DNA of 59,281 nucleotides from assembly GCA_021817905.1 (NCBI GenBank), contig JAKAFM010000004.1, forward strand, positions 1-59,281. The letters run 5' to 3'. Origin of the DNA: a bacterium (lineage in GTDB: Bacteria; Patescibacteriota; Microgenomatia; UBA12405). The translations under genes were made by a program, and so were the position numbers. The notes below the pieces were generated by a model. That model had not been told where the DNA came from. It made no database searches and saw nothing but the letters and a program-made list of their open reading frames with translations. Positions 18,441 through 27,754 of the stretch are shown here, piece after piece (the first letter of the stretch is position 1; each line of letters opens with the position of its first letter).

Positions 18441-19661
18441 ATGGAACTTATTGAACAAATAAAAGAAAGCTTAGGGATGCTAACCCTTAATAAAACGAGG
18501 ACAGGGTTGGCGATTTTGGGAATTGTGATTGGTATTGGCTCAGTAATTGCTTTGATTTCTCTTGGTCAGGCCAGTCAACAGGCGGTGGCTTCACAAATTC
18601 AAGGTTTAGGGGCGAATTTGCTAACAGTTCAACCAGGGGCAGTTAGCCAGGGGGCGGTTCGTGGAGCTGCCGGAGGCAACACTACTTTAACTAATGATGA
18701 TGCCACGGCTATCGCCAGCACCCCGCAAATTACAACGATTCAAAATGTTTCACCGGAGCTGTCGCGAAGGTCTCAGGTAAGAACGGGATCGAGCAATACC
18801 AATACACAAATTGTGGGGGTGACACCGGCTTATGCGCAAGTACATAAAATTACGGTGGATTCTGGAGCTTTTATAACTCAACGGGATGTTGATGCTATTA
18901 ATAAGGTGGCAGTGATTGGGCCACAAGTAGTAACCGATTTATTTAATGGCAATAGCCCCATTGGCCAAACTTTGAGAATTGGAACACAGACATTGACCGT
19001 TATTGGGGTGACAACCTCAAAAGGAGGGAGTGGTTTTTTTAACCAAGATGATATTATTTTTGTGCCGTTGTCGGTGGCTCAAAAACAATTGTTTGGGGTG
19101 AACTATTTAAGTTCAATTGCACTGGAAGCAAAAAGTTCTGATCAAATGACGAATGCCCAAAATGAAGTTGGTTATTTCTTGTTGGCTCGCCATCATTTTA
19201 ATGACCCGGCTCAAGCAGATTTTACGATTACTTCACAGCAGGATATTGTCAATACGGTATCGGCAACGACCGGGACTTTTACGACTTTACTATCGGGAGT
19301 AGCGGCAATTTCGTTATTAGTAGGCGGCATTGGGATTATGAACATTATGTTGGTGACGGTGACTGAACGAACTAGGGAAATTGGACTTCGAAAAGCTTTG
19401 GGTGCCAAAAAAGGAACTATTACGACCCAATTTTTAATTGAATCAATGATTTTGACTTTTTCCGGGGGGGTGATTGGAGTATTGTTGGGAATTGCGGCAT
19501 CGTATCTTTATTCAGTCAGTTCAAATTCGCCTTTTGTAGTATCGCCAAGCTCGGTAGTTTTGGCGTTTGTGGTATCGGTGGGAATCGGTATTTTGTTTGG
19601 TTGGTATCCGGCCAAAAGGGCCTCTCAGTTGCAGCCAATTGAAGCTTTGAGGTATGAATAA
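18441..19661 (+). CDS. MacB/FtsX-type ABC permease
   Basis: LGIVIGIGSVI, VGGIGIMNIMLVTVTERTREIGLRKALGA, PIEALRYE. Confidence 0.95.
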   Translation: MELIEQIKESLGMLTLNKTRTGLAILGIVIGIGSVIALISLGQASQQAVASQIQGLGANLLTVQPGAVSQGAVRGAAGGNTTLTNDDATAIASTPQITTIQNVSPELSRRSQVRTGSSNTNTQIVGVTPAYAQVHKITVDSGAFITQRDVDAINKVAVIGPQVVTDLFNGNSPIGQTLRIGTQTLTVIGVTTSKGGSGFFNQDDIIFVPLSVAQKQLFGVNYLSSIALEAKSSDQMTNAQNEVGYFLLARHHFNDPAQADFTITSQQDIVNTVSATTGTFTTLLSGVAAISLLVGGIGIMNIMLVTVTERTREIGLRKALGAKKGTITTQFLIESMILTFSGGVIGVLLGIAASYLYSVSSNSPFVVSPSSVVLAFVVSVGIGILFGWYPAKRASQLQPIEALRYE

Positions 19662-19729
19662 TACTGGTGTTATTCGGAAATATTATGAGTTTGTTTGAAT
19701 AATAAGAAATATTGGTTTGAAAAGCAAAA

Positions 19730-21139
19730 TTATATATCTGGAAAAAGTATAGTTTCTCTTAAGCTTTTTTGATTACCCACAATCATTAATAATCTGTTTA
19801 GACCGATACCCAGTCCAGCAGTTGGTGGTACACCATAATTTAGGGCAATAACTAATGGATCAGTAGAATGATCTCTTTCTTGAATACCCATTTCACTGTC
19901 TTGACCTGCCAACTTCTTTTGAAGTTCAGTTGAGTTAACCAAATTAGTTGATATATCAGCGAATCCAATACCATTCATACATGCCCAAGCCCTTTCAACT
20001 TTATTTTCATCATATCCAGTTGTTTTTCCAAGTGGAGCTAGTCCAACCGGGAAATCCCTCAAAAATGTTGGTTGCAATAGTTTGGGTACAATAATTTTTT
20101 CAATTAACTTACCCACCTCCTGTGTTAAAGGAAGTCCCGAAAGTAGGATATTGTTTTTAGCAGCCATTTTTTTAAGGGAGTCTAAACTATTTATCTCATT
20201 TAGTGAAAAGTCTCCGAATAGCTTAAAGCCTTCATCTACAGTCATTTGTCCCCATTTTGTATCAACATTAATGCATTCTCCATTTAACAAAAAACGAGAT
20301 GTTCCAAACGCTCTCGTGACGGCTTCTCTAACCAAATATTCAGCCAAATCCATCATGCCGTTATAATCTGAATATGCAGCATATGCTTCTAGGGCTGTAT
20401 ATTCCGGGTTGTGGAATCTATCTTGCCCTTCATTCCTAAATGCTTTTCCTAGTTCATAAACCCTTTCATAACCAGCAGCAATCAACTGAACAAGTTCCAA
20501 TTCGCTTGTCGGTCTCATAAACATATCGGTTCCGAGCGAATTTTGGTGAGTGACAAATGGCTTAGCTTGACCAGACCTAAATTGTCTTCTTAAAACAGGT
20601 GTTTCAAATTCTTTAAAACCCAATCTATTAAGATTATCCCTTAATGACATATTTACTTTCGATATTCTGTCAAAAAAGACAAACGAATCTCTATCTGTAA
20701 TTAGTTGTAAAGGGAAATTGCCCCTTCTTTTACCGGTGTCCTGGACACCTTTATAACGATCTGGAAACGGCCCATTAAAACGAGTCACAACCTCTAATTG
20801 CTCCACAACTAGACTTCGCTCTTCCTTTTTAGATACAAAGGCTGAACCTGTAACACTAATTACGTCGCCTGTGTTTAACTGCTTGGCTAATTCGGTGGTT
20901 CCAGGTGTTGTCTCATCTGAAAAAGCTAACTGTGTTTGATCAGACTGGTCTTGGAGAACACCAAAACTTATTGATTTAAATCGTCTAAGATTTCTTACTC
21001 GGCCTCGTAACTCGACTTGTTTATTCTGTGAAAGGATAATACCAAAATCTCTTTTGAAATCGGCTATCAAAATACGCTTTGATTTTGGTTTACCATCTGC
21101 AATTGGTAATATACTTTCAATCATAATTTTATCTTCCAA
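19730..21139 (-). CDS. Class II lysyl-tRNA synthetase-like paralog (OB-fold plus catalytic domain, divergent active site)
   Basis: OB-fold LRGRVRNLR, motif 1 EFETPVL, motif 2 YELGKAFRNEG..HNPEY, motif 3 PPTAGLGIGLNRLLM. Confidence 0.85.
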   Translation of the reverse strand: MEDKIMIESILPIADGKPKSKRILIADFKRDFGIILSQNKQVELRGRVRNLRRFKSISFGVLQDQSDQTQLAFSDETTPGTTELAKQLNTGDVISVTGSAFVSKKEERSLVVEQLEVVTRFNGPFPDRYKGVQDTGKRRGNFPLQLITDRDSFVFFDRISKVNMSLRDNLNRLGFKEFETPVLRRQFRSGQAKPFVTHQNSLGTDMFMRPTSELELVQLIAAGYERVYELGKAFRNEGQDRFHNPEYTALEAYAAYSDYNGMMDLAEYLVREAVTRAFGTSRFLLNGECINVDTKWGQMTVDEGFKLFGDFSLNEINSLDSLKKMAAKNNILLSGLPLTQEVGKLIEKIIVPKLLQPTFLRDFPVGLAPLGKTTGYDENKVERAWACMNGIGFADISTNLVNSTELQKKLAGQDSEMGIQERDHSTDPLVIALNYGVPPTAGLGIGLNRLLMIVGNQKSLRETILFPDI

Positions 21140-22103
21140 ATAGAAATCTCATAGTGTTTGTATAAGAAATATCTTTTCTGACTGAAGTTGGTAAGTCACC
21201 TAAAAGAGTGACTTCGTCTTCATAAACAACTTTTGTAAGAATTTTATGATTATTATCGTCTGTTACTGTCGTCCACGGCTCATCTGTACCCCAAAGAAGT
21301 CTGTCTGGGATCATTTTGTAAAGATCCATTATTACCTGTCTAGGTTTTGAATAGTCCAAATCCAATATTTTTCCATCGTCACGTCTTTGGGCAAAATAAC
21401 AGTTTGTGATATGTGGAGCCAGGTCGGTAAACAAGTTAGGTAACCCATCTTTTGTCAATACAGCAAACAGATCTTTTTCATAATCTCCCGTATGAGCTAT
21501 ACATATCCTTGTATCTGGGTATTTTTTCGCAACTTCGACTATTTGGTCAGGTCTTGAGTACTCATCGGGTCCCGAGTGAATCATAATTGGCAATGAATGT
21601 TCAGTGGCAAATTCTGTAAATTTGGAACCAATAAGTTTTAGGGCATGGGTATGGGTAGCCAGAGTGTGTAGTTTTAATCCAAAGAGTCTGTCCCCATCAA
21701 GAAGCTCTTTCAAAAGATTTAATTGTTCATCCTCTTTTGTACCTGGAAGAATATTTGCAAAAGGCATTATTTGTCCATTTCCAAAGAGTTCAACTTCTGC
21801 AAAGTGCGCTATGTTCGCGTGTTCATATGGAAATCTCTCGGCTGGTTTTTCTAGTTGTTCCCACACAGCATCAAATGCAACTTTTCTAGGGTCAAACCAA
21901 AACAAATCACTTGGGCCGGGAAATACAGCTGCATGGGTTATTCCGTTCGCATTCATCTTTCTGGCCATGTCTATAATACTTTGAGCGATTGGGTATCGAC
22001 GTCTTACTATATTGGTTAAATCTACCCCTGCGTGAGAATGGGCATCAATTGTTTTGGTGCCTGGACTAGCAAGATCTTTAAATATTTCTTCTCGTTCGAT
22101 CAT
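21129..22103 (-). CDS. TIM-barrel metal-dependent amidohydrolase (Amidohydro_2-like)
   Basis: IDAHSH, GLKLH, MIHSG, IAHTG, WGTDEP. Start moved to the ATG at 22103; overlaps the LysRS-like gene by 11 nt. Confidence 0.85.
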   Translation of the reverse strand: MIEREEIFKDLASPGTKTIDAHSHAGVDLTNIVRRRYPIAQSIIDMARKMNANGITHAAVFPGPSDLFWFDPRKVAFDAVWEQLEKPAERFPYEHANIAHFAEVELFGNGQIMPFANILPGTKEDEQLNLLKELLDGDRLFGLKLHTLATHTHALKLIGSKFTEFATEHSLPIMIHSGPDEYSRPDQIVEVAKKYPDTRICIAHTGDYEKDLFAVLTKDGLPNLFTDLAPHITNCYFAQRRDDGKILDLDYSKPRQVIMDLYKMIPDRLLWGTDEPWTTVTDDNNHKILTKVVYEDEVTLLGDLPTSVRKDISYTNTMRFLFGR

Positions 22104-22158
22104 GTGTTGAAAAACTGGCAGGTGAAGTATACAATAACGGCAGTCCAGTATCAAACCT

Positions 22159-23172
22159 ATGAGATATAACAAAGGCCTGACTATCGTCACTTTTTTAGTA
22201 GTCTGTTTTGTTGGCTTAAGTATTCTTCTTAAACATTTTAAAGTTGGATCTTACAGATCACAGATGAATGGAATCCGAGTTGGTTGGCAAATTCCGTGGG
22301 CGACTGAAGGGCAATTGGTGCAAGCAATGAAACACAAGAATCTTTTACAAAAACAGAACTTAAACCCGAATTTTATAGGTTTCAGTTCTGGGGCACCACT
22401 AAATGAAGCAGCTCTTTCGGGTAAAGTTGATGTTATTTTAACCGCGGATCAACCCGCAGCAACGTTACTTAACAAAAATTCTGATTGGGTCATTATAGGC
22501 CGTCTGATGTACAACCGTGTATCGTTATATGTCCCTCCCGATTCTCCAATCAAATCTGGAGCAGATTTAAGAGGTAAAACGGTAGCAATGCCTTTTGGTG
22601 CAGCTGCACAAAGGCTTGCATATAAAGTTGAGCAGAATGCTGGTCTTGATCCTAGTAAAGATGTCAAAAATATAAATATTGACATCTATGAACAATCCTC
22701 ATTGATTACAGATAAAAATGCTACAAAGTGGGGAAATATTGATGCGGTGGCTGGATTTGATCCCACCCCCGCTGTTTTGGAAGAAAAAGGACTTATTAGA
22801 AATATTGCTGTAGGTAAAGTGGTCTCAGTTGTGATGATGTCAAAATCGTATATAATTAAAAACCCAAATGCACCAACTGAATTCTTAAGAGCACTTAATA
22901 ATTCATATGTATACTATAAAGCTAATGTTGGTCAGGTTGATCAGTGGTTTAGAGACGAATCTAAGTTAAATGTTAGTTCGAAAGCTCTTGAAATATCAGC
23001 AAGTATTGAACCTAATATGACTCAACCAAATATTAATCTTTCTTTAAACGATGACGACTATCAGGTATTACAACAAGCAGCAGATTTTATTTATTCAGTA
23101 AAACTTATAAATAAAGACGTCACGATGAAGGATTTTGTGAATTTATCCAGTCTAAAAAATGTTAATAACTAA
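22159..23172 (+). CDS. ABC substrate-binding protein, SsuA/TauA/NMT1 family
   Basis: N-terminal anchor; FSSGAPLNEAALSGKVD; SPIKSGADLRGKTVAMPFG; GNIDAVAGFDP. Confidence 0.88.
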   Translation: MRYNKGLTIVTFLVVCFVGLSILLKHFKVGSYRSQMNGIRVGWQIPWATEGQLVQAMKHKNLLQKQNLNPNFIGFSSGAPLNEAALSGKVDVILTADQPAATLLNKNSDWVIIGRLMYNRVSLYVPPDSPIKSGADLRGKTVAMPFGAAAQRLAYKVEQNAGLDPSKDVKNINIDIYEQSSLITDKNATKWGNIDAVAGFDPTPAVLEEKGLIRNIAVGKVVSVVMMSKSYIIKNPNAPTEFLRALNNSYVYYKANVGQVDQWFRDESKLNVSSKALEISASIEPNMTQPNINLSLNDDDYQVLQQAADFIYSVKLINKDVTMKDFVNLSSLKNVNN

Positions 23173-23174
23173 AA

Positions 23175-24305
23175 ATGAAGCAAAATTTGCTACTTATATC
23201 GCTGGATACTTTAAGGGCAGATGTTGCTTATAGTGGTAAATTTAAGACAATTGAAAAACTTCGTTCTTGCAGTGCCACTTTCATAAATACAATATCCTCA
23301 TCTCCCTTGACCCCATGTAGCCATGCCTCAGTTTTTACAGGATTACAACCATATAATCATGGCGTAAGACATTTATTTAAAGAAAAATTAAAAAAAGACA
23401 CAACAACCTTGGCACAAATACTTAAGGAAAATAATTATAAAACTAAAGCTATTATTTCTTGTCCTGGCATGAATAAATGGTATGGTTTTTCTAAGGGCTT
23501 TGATAATTATGATGACGAAATACCTTTACTCGCCGATGGCTCTGATCCTTTGAAAACTATTGATGTCAAAAAACGAGGCACAGCTTTAAAAAGAGCAAGT
23601 GTTGTTACTGAACGAGCGATTAATTGGTTAGAAAAAAACAAAGATGAACAATTTTTTCTCTTTATACATTATTTTGACGCTCATTGGCCGTATGAGGCGC
23701 CAGAAATATATGGTGGTGATAATGCATACGAGAACGAAGTTGCCTATTCAGATCATTATCTAGGTAAAGTCTTTGACTATTTAGAAAAAAATAAACTAAT
23801 GGATAGCACAACTATAGTTTGCTTCTCTGATCATGGCGAGGATTTAAATGGGTGGTATCCAAATGACAAAGGAGGTAAAAAATTAGGCCATCCTGAGGAA
23901 AATGGTCATGGATGCTTGCTTTATAATCAAACACAAAAAGTAGTTTTGATTATTAAAAACCGTATAATTTCAAAAAAGTCTAATTTTAACAATCAGGTTC
24001 GTTTGATAGATGTGTTACCCACTATCCTAGACTTACTTTCAATAAATTCAAAACTTAAGAATATTGATGGAATTAGTTTGCTACCGGTATTACAAAAAAA
24101 GATTAAAGACTCTTATATTGGTTATTCAGAAACTTTCTATCCTGAGGAGCAAGCCAAAACAGAACCTTCACTGAGCTATGTAAAAAACAAAAAAGCTTTC
24201 TTTTTTGATAACGAATTTAAGGTAATAAATAATTTGGATTCCGATTTGCAAGAAGCTTACGATCTTATAAGTGATATTAATGAAAAATATAACCTTATTA
24301 AATGA
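23175..24305 (+). CDS. Sulfatase / alkaline-phosphatase-superfamily enzyme, Thr-type
   Basis: LISLDTLRAD, SPLTPCSHASVFTG, HYFDAHWPY, FSDHGE, HG. Confidence 0.88.
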   Translation: MKQNLLLISLDTLRADVAYSGKFKTIEKLRSCSATFINTISSSPLTPCSHASVFTGLQPYNHGVRHLFKEKLKKDTTTLAQILKENNYKTKAIISCPGMNKWYGFSKGFDNYDDEIPLLADGSDPLKTIDVKKRGTALKRASVVTERAINWLEKNKDEQFFLFIHYFDAHWPYEAPEIYGGDNAYENEVAYSDHYLGKVFDYLEKNKLMDSTTIVCFSDHGEDLNGWYPNDKGGKKLGHPEENGHGCLLYNQTQKVVLIIKNRIISKKSNFNNQVRLIDVLPTILDLLSINSKLKNIDGISLLPVLQKKIKDSYIGYSETFYPEEQAKTEPSLSYVKNKKAFFFDNEFKVINNLDSDLQEAYDLISDINEKYNLIK

Positions 24306-25720
24306 AAATCAATAATTCCGAGAAGTACAACAAAGTCATTTTAATCTCACTTGATACATTAAGAGCAGATTGTGTTCCGTCGAATCCCAATAAACTTTAT
24401 CCTTCTGAATACAAAGCAAAAGTTAAACTTAATGACTCTGAGGTAAATAAATTATTTTCTAAAGGTGTGTTTTTTAATAATGTTGTGTCGGCTGCGCCCT
24501 ACACATCTTCGTCGCATGCAGCATATTTTACAGGCAAATGGCCTATTCGTAACGGGGTTTACGATCAATTTAACAGCAAACTAAAAACTAAAAGTATTTT
24601 TCAAATATACAAACAAAATGGATATGAGACGATTTTTAAAACAGATTTTCCATTCATTCTGGGTAAATATCTTAACATGATAAAGGGTGTAGATAAATAT
24701 TTTATAGAAGACACGCCATCAGCACTCAAAGAACTTAAATCTAAAAAGAAACAACTGGCATTCTTTCATTTCGGACAGTTCCACTATCCATACGGATTCC
24801 ATAATCTTAAATATGGAGGTAAAGATTATGTCAATAAAATAAACTTTTTAGAGAAAAAATATAAAATTCCAACAGACAAAATTAACTTGGAAGATATGGC
24901 TATGGAGTCGTTTAGGTCAAAAGAAGATACTGAGTTGCTTTATAGATATAAAAAGATAATTGCATACCTTTATAAACACAGGTTGGATAATGATCTCTTT
25001 AATCTTTATTTGGAAGGCATTAATTATTTTAATAAAAACTTTTTGGATAAATTTATAAAAGAACTGCTCGAAACTATTAACAATCAAAACTATTTACTAG
25101 TTATATTTTCCGATCACGGGGAGGCATGGAATGATTATTCCTATGGTCATCACAATTCTTTTGATGAAGGAGTTATCAGAGTTCCTATTGTTTTTTACTA
25201 TAAAGGTGTAACTCCAAAATTATATTCAAATAGGGTACGTACAATAGACCTTGCCCCTACACTTAATGATTTATTATCACCAAACAGTAACAGATTTGAT
25301 GGAAAGAGCTTGTATAAAAAAGTATTTGCTGACGAAGAAGATGGTAACCTTGATGCTTTTTCTGCAATTTGGGTAAATGAATCTACTGATGTCATCAAAA
25401 AAGTCAGAACATTAATTGATAAAGACGAACTAACATTTAATAAATCGCTTTCCATAAGATACGGAGCGGCTTACTATCAACAAAATCTAAAATATACTGA
25501 ATACTATAAAAGATTTACAAATCGGTCTGAGGAGTTAAGTGATGTAAAAGAACATGATACTTTTGAAATCACAGACAATCTTAATGTTTTACAGACACAG
25601 AAAAGATTACCAAAATCTATAAAGCAAAATATAAACAAACTTAACAACATAAAATTACAGTCAAACTCCTCACCTGATATTGTGCGTACTTATCTACGTT
25701 TAAGTGGATACAAGGTCTAA
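24302..25720 (+). CDS. Second sulfatase / alkaline-phosphatase-superfamily enzyme, Thr-type
   Basis: LISLDTLRAD, APYTSSSHAAYFTG, HFGQFHYPY, FSDHGE, YGHH, C-terminal LRLSGY. Confidence 0.85.
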   Translation: MKINNSEKYNKVILISLDTLRADCVPSNPNKLYPSEYKAKVKLNDSEVNKLFSKGVFFNNVVSAAPYTSSSHAAYFTGKWPIRNGVYDQFNSKLKTKSIFQIYKQNGYETIFKTDFPFILGKYLNMIKGVDKYFIEDTPSALKELKSKKKQLAFFHFGQFHYPYGFHNLKYGGKDYVNKINFLEKKYKIPTDKINLEDMAMESFRSKEDTELLYRYKKIIAYLYKHRLDNDLFNLYLEGINYFNKNFLDKFIKELLETINNQNYLLVIFSDHGEAWNDYSYGHHNSFDEGVIRVPIVFYYKGVTPKLYSNRVRTIDLAPTLNDLLSPNSNRFDGKSLYKKVFADEEDGNLDAFSAIWVNESTDVIKKVRTLIDKDELTFNKSLSIRYGAAYYQQNLKYTEYYKRFTNRSEELSDVKEHDTFEITDNLNVLQTQKRLPKSIKQNINKLNNIKLQSNSSPDIVRTYLRLSGYKV

Positions 25721-25721
25721 T

Positions 25722-26300
25722 ATGTCAATTACAACTAAAACTATTCTAAAACTGCAGTATGGTGACTTTACGACTTGTTATCACGAAACAAAAACTGGTG
25801 AGTGTATATCTTTAAGTTATGGAGATATAACAAAACCCTTACCTGTTGTTCGAATTCATTCTTCATGTCTTTTTGGTGAATCGTTTTTATCTCTCCATTG
25901 TGAATGTCGGAATCAACTTGAAGAAACACTTAAACAAATTAAGAAAAACGGTTCAGGTGTGATCATATACACATATGCAGAGGGAAGAGGGATTGGTTTA
26001 GAGAAAAAAATAAAAGCAATGGAAGTTCAAAGAACAAAAAATTTGGATACTGTACAGGCATTTGAGTTTTTAGGGCTACAACCAGACCTTAGAACATATA
26101 GCACTGAAGTAACCGCACTTAAAGAGCTTTATGTAAACCGTAATATAAAGCTAGTTTCAAACAATCCAAATAAGATTAATGCCCTAAATAAGGCAGGTTT
26201 TGTTATAAAAAAAATAGTTAAATTAACCATCAAATTAAATGAATACAACTCAAAAGAATTGATAACCAAAAAGACAAAACTAGGCTATTATATTGATTAA
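25722..26300 (+). CDS. ribA: GTP cyclohydrolase II-fold enzyme (RibA-like, Tyr-to-Met variant)
   Basis: VRIHSSC..GE...HCEC zinc triad, EGRGIGL..KIKAM, DLR, SNNPNK. Confidence 0.85.
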   Translation: MSITTKTILKLQYGDFTTCYHETKTGECISLSYGDITKPLPVVRIHSSCLFGESFLSLHCECRNQLEETLKQIKKNGSGVIIYTYAEGRGIGLEKKIKAMEVQRTKNLDTVQAFEFLGLQPDLRTYSTEVTALKELYVNRNIKLVSNNPNKINALNKAGFVIKKIVKLTIKLNEYNSKELITKKTKLGYYID

Positions 26301-27048
26301 AAGTTTTATGAGAAAAAACATATTAGTACTATTATCCGTTTTGATCTTTTGGCAGATATTGGACTACCTTGCCCTTAACCGTAGCGGTCAGTTCACTTCA
26401 CCTTTCAGTCTTATAACATCAATAATTAATACAATTAAGAATGGGGAAATATTATCAGATGCGCTTGCGAGTATCGTACGAGTCTCCATAGGTTTTGTGA
26501 TTGCTACCTTTTTAGCTATCCCATTAGCCCTGATTTCAGAAACCAATAAAATTATGCGCATTTTTATAAATCCCATTATTGAAGTATTACGTCCAATTCC
26601 ACCAATTGCGTGGATACCAATATCCATTATTTTTTTTGGCCTTGGAGATACGTCATCCTATTTTATTGTCTTTTTAGGCTCATTCTTTCCGATATTCAGT
26701 AATACTTATTTGGGCGCTTCGTCATTGCCGACAATATACAAACATATCGCAGAAACGTTTGAATTGAATAAATCAGATTATTACAGAAAGGTGTTATTAA
26801 AGTTTTCCCTTCCTTATATTTTTACTGGATTAAAAATTGGGATTGGAATGGCATGGATGAGTGTAATCGCCTCAGAACTAGTTAGCGGCCAATCTGGACT
26901 GGGGTATTATATTCAGATCAATAGATTACTTCTTAATCTCGATAACGTAATTATTGGGATGGTATTTATTGGTTTTATTGGGATTGTTTTTAATTTTGGT
27001 TTTACTAAACTAGAACGTAAAATGATACCTTGGAGGAAAAAAATATGA
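26293..27048 (+). CDS. ABC permease, SsuC/TauC family
   Basis: LRPIPPIAWIP, LPYIFTGLKIGIGMAWMSVIASEL, SGLGYYI. The start may be 26308. Confidence 0.92.
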   Translation: MIKSFMRKNILVLLSVLIFWQILDYLALNRSGQFTSPFSLITSIINTIKNGEILSDALASIVRVSIGFVIATFLAIPLALISETNKIMRIFINPIIEVLRPIPPIAWIPISIIFFGLGDTSSYFIVFLGSFFPIFSNTYLGASSLPTIYKHIAETFELNKSDYYRKVLLKFSLPYIFTGLKIGIGMAWMSVIASELVSGQSGLGYYIQINRLLLNLDNVIIGMVFIGFIGIVFNFGFTKLERKMIPWRKKI

Positions 27049-27737
27049 TTTTGATAAAAAATTTATCCTATTCTTACGATATGAATACATATCAAACTAT
27101 TAAGGATCTGTCTTTCAATATACAACAAGGTGAGTTTGTTAGTATTTTAGGAAAATCGGGTTGTGGTAAAACGACATTGGCAAATATTATTTGCGGGTAT
27201 TTAAAACCTACAGAAGGGAAAATAGAAATAGATGGAAAAGCAAGTTTTTATCCGAACAAAAATAAAATTATAATAAACCAAGAAGACGATCTGTTTGATT
27301 GGATGACTATTTACCAGAATATGGAAATTGCTACTCAAGACCGAGACTTAATTCTTAAATATCTCCTTCTTGTAAATCTAGAAGATAGAATAAACGAGTA
27401 TCCGTCTAGTTTGTCTGCTGGAATGAAAAAGAAGTTGTCGTTTATAAGGGCCTTATCTGCAAAACCAGATCTGCTTATTCTTGATGAACCATTTTCGTAT
27501 TTGGACTATTCCACAAAAGCCGAGCTTCTTAAACAGTTTCAAAGAATTATTAAATCATCTAATACTACGACGATCTTAATCACCCACAACATAGACGAAT
27601 CTTTATATTTATCGGATAGAATAATAGTTTTAAAAGGTTATCCGTTTAAAATTTCTAAAGATATTAGATTGGATAGCAAGAAGATTAAAGGACATGCGAT
27701 GGCTAGTTTGGTTGATGACATCAAAAAATCATACTAA
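27045..27737 (+). CDS. ABC ATP-binding protein, SsuB/TauB family
   Basis: GKSGCGKTT, signature LSAGMKKK, LILDEPFSYLD, ITHNIDE. ATGA overlap with the permease stop. Confidence 0.92.
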   Translation: MILIKNLSYSYDMNTYQTIKDLSFNIQQGEFVSILGKSGCGKTTLANIICGYLKPTEGKIEIDGKASFYPNKNKIIINQEDDLFDWMTIYQNMEIATQDRDLILKYLLLVNLEDRINEYPSSLSAGMKKKLSFIRALSAKPDLLILDEPFSYLDYSTKAELLKQFQRIIKSSNTTTILITHNIDESLYLSDRIIVLKGYPFKISKDIRLDSKKIKGHAMASLVDDIKKSY

Positions 27738-27754
27738 CTTTGGTATAATCGCTT

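Noticed and set aside
19730-21139. EpmA/GenX (EF-P beta-lysine ligase)
   Set aside because: It keeps the N-terminal OB-fold that EpmA lacks, and no efp or epmB is nearby.
25722-26300. Riboflavin operon or toxoflavin-type cluster
   Set aside because: No ribD, ribE, ribH, ribB or FMN riboswitch is visible, and there are no ToxC, ToxD or ToxE-like genes. The enzyme lacks the Tyr needed for canonical activity.
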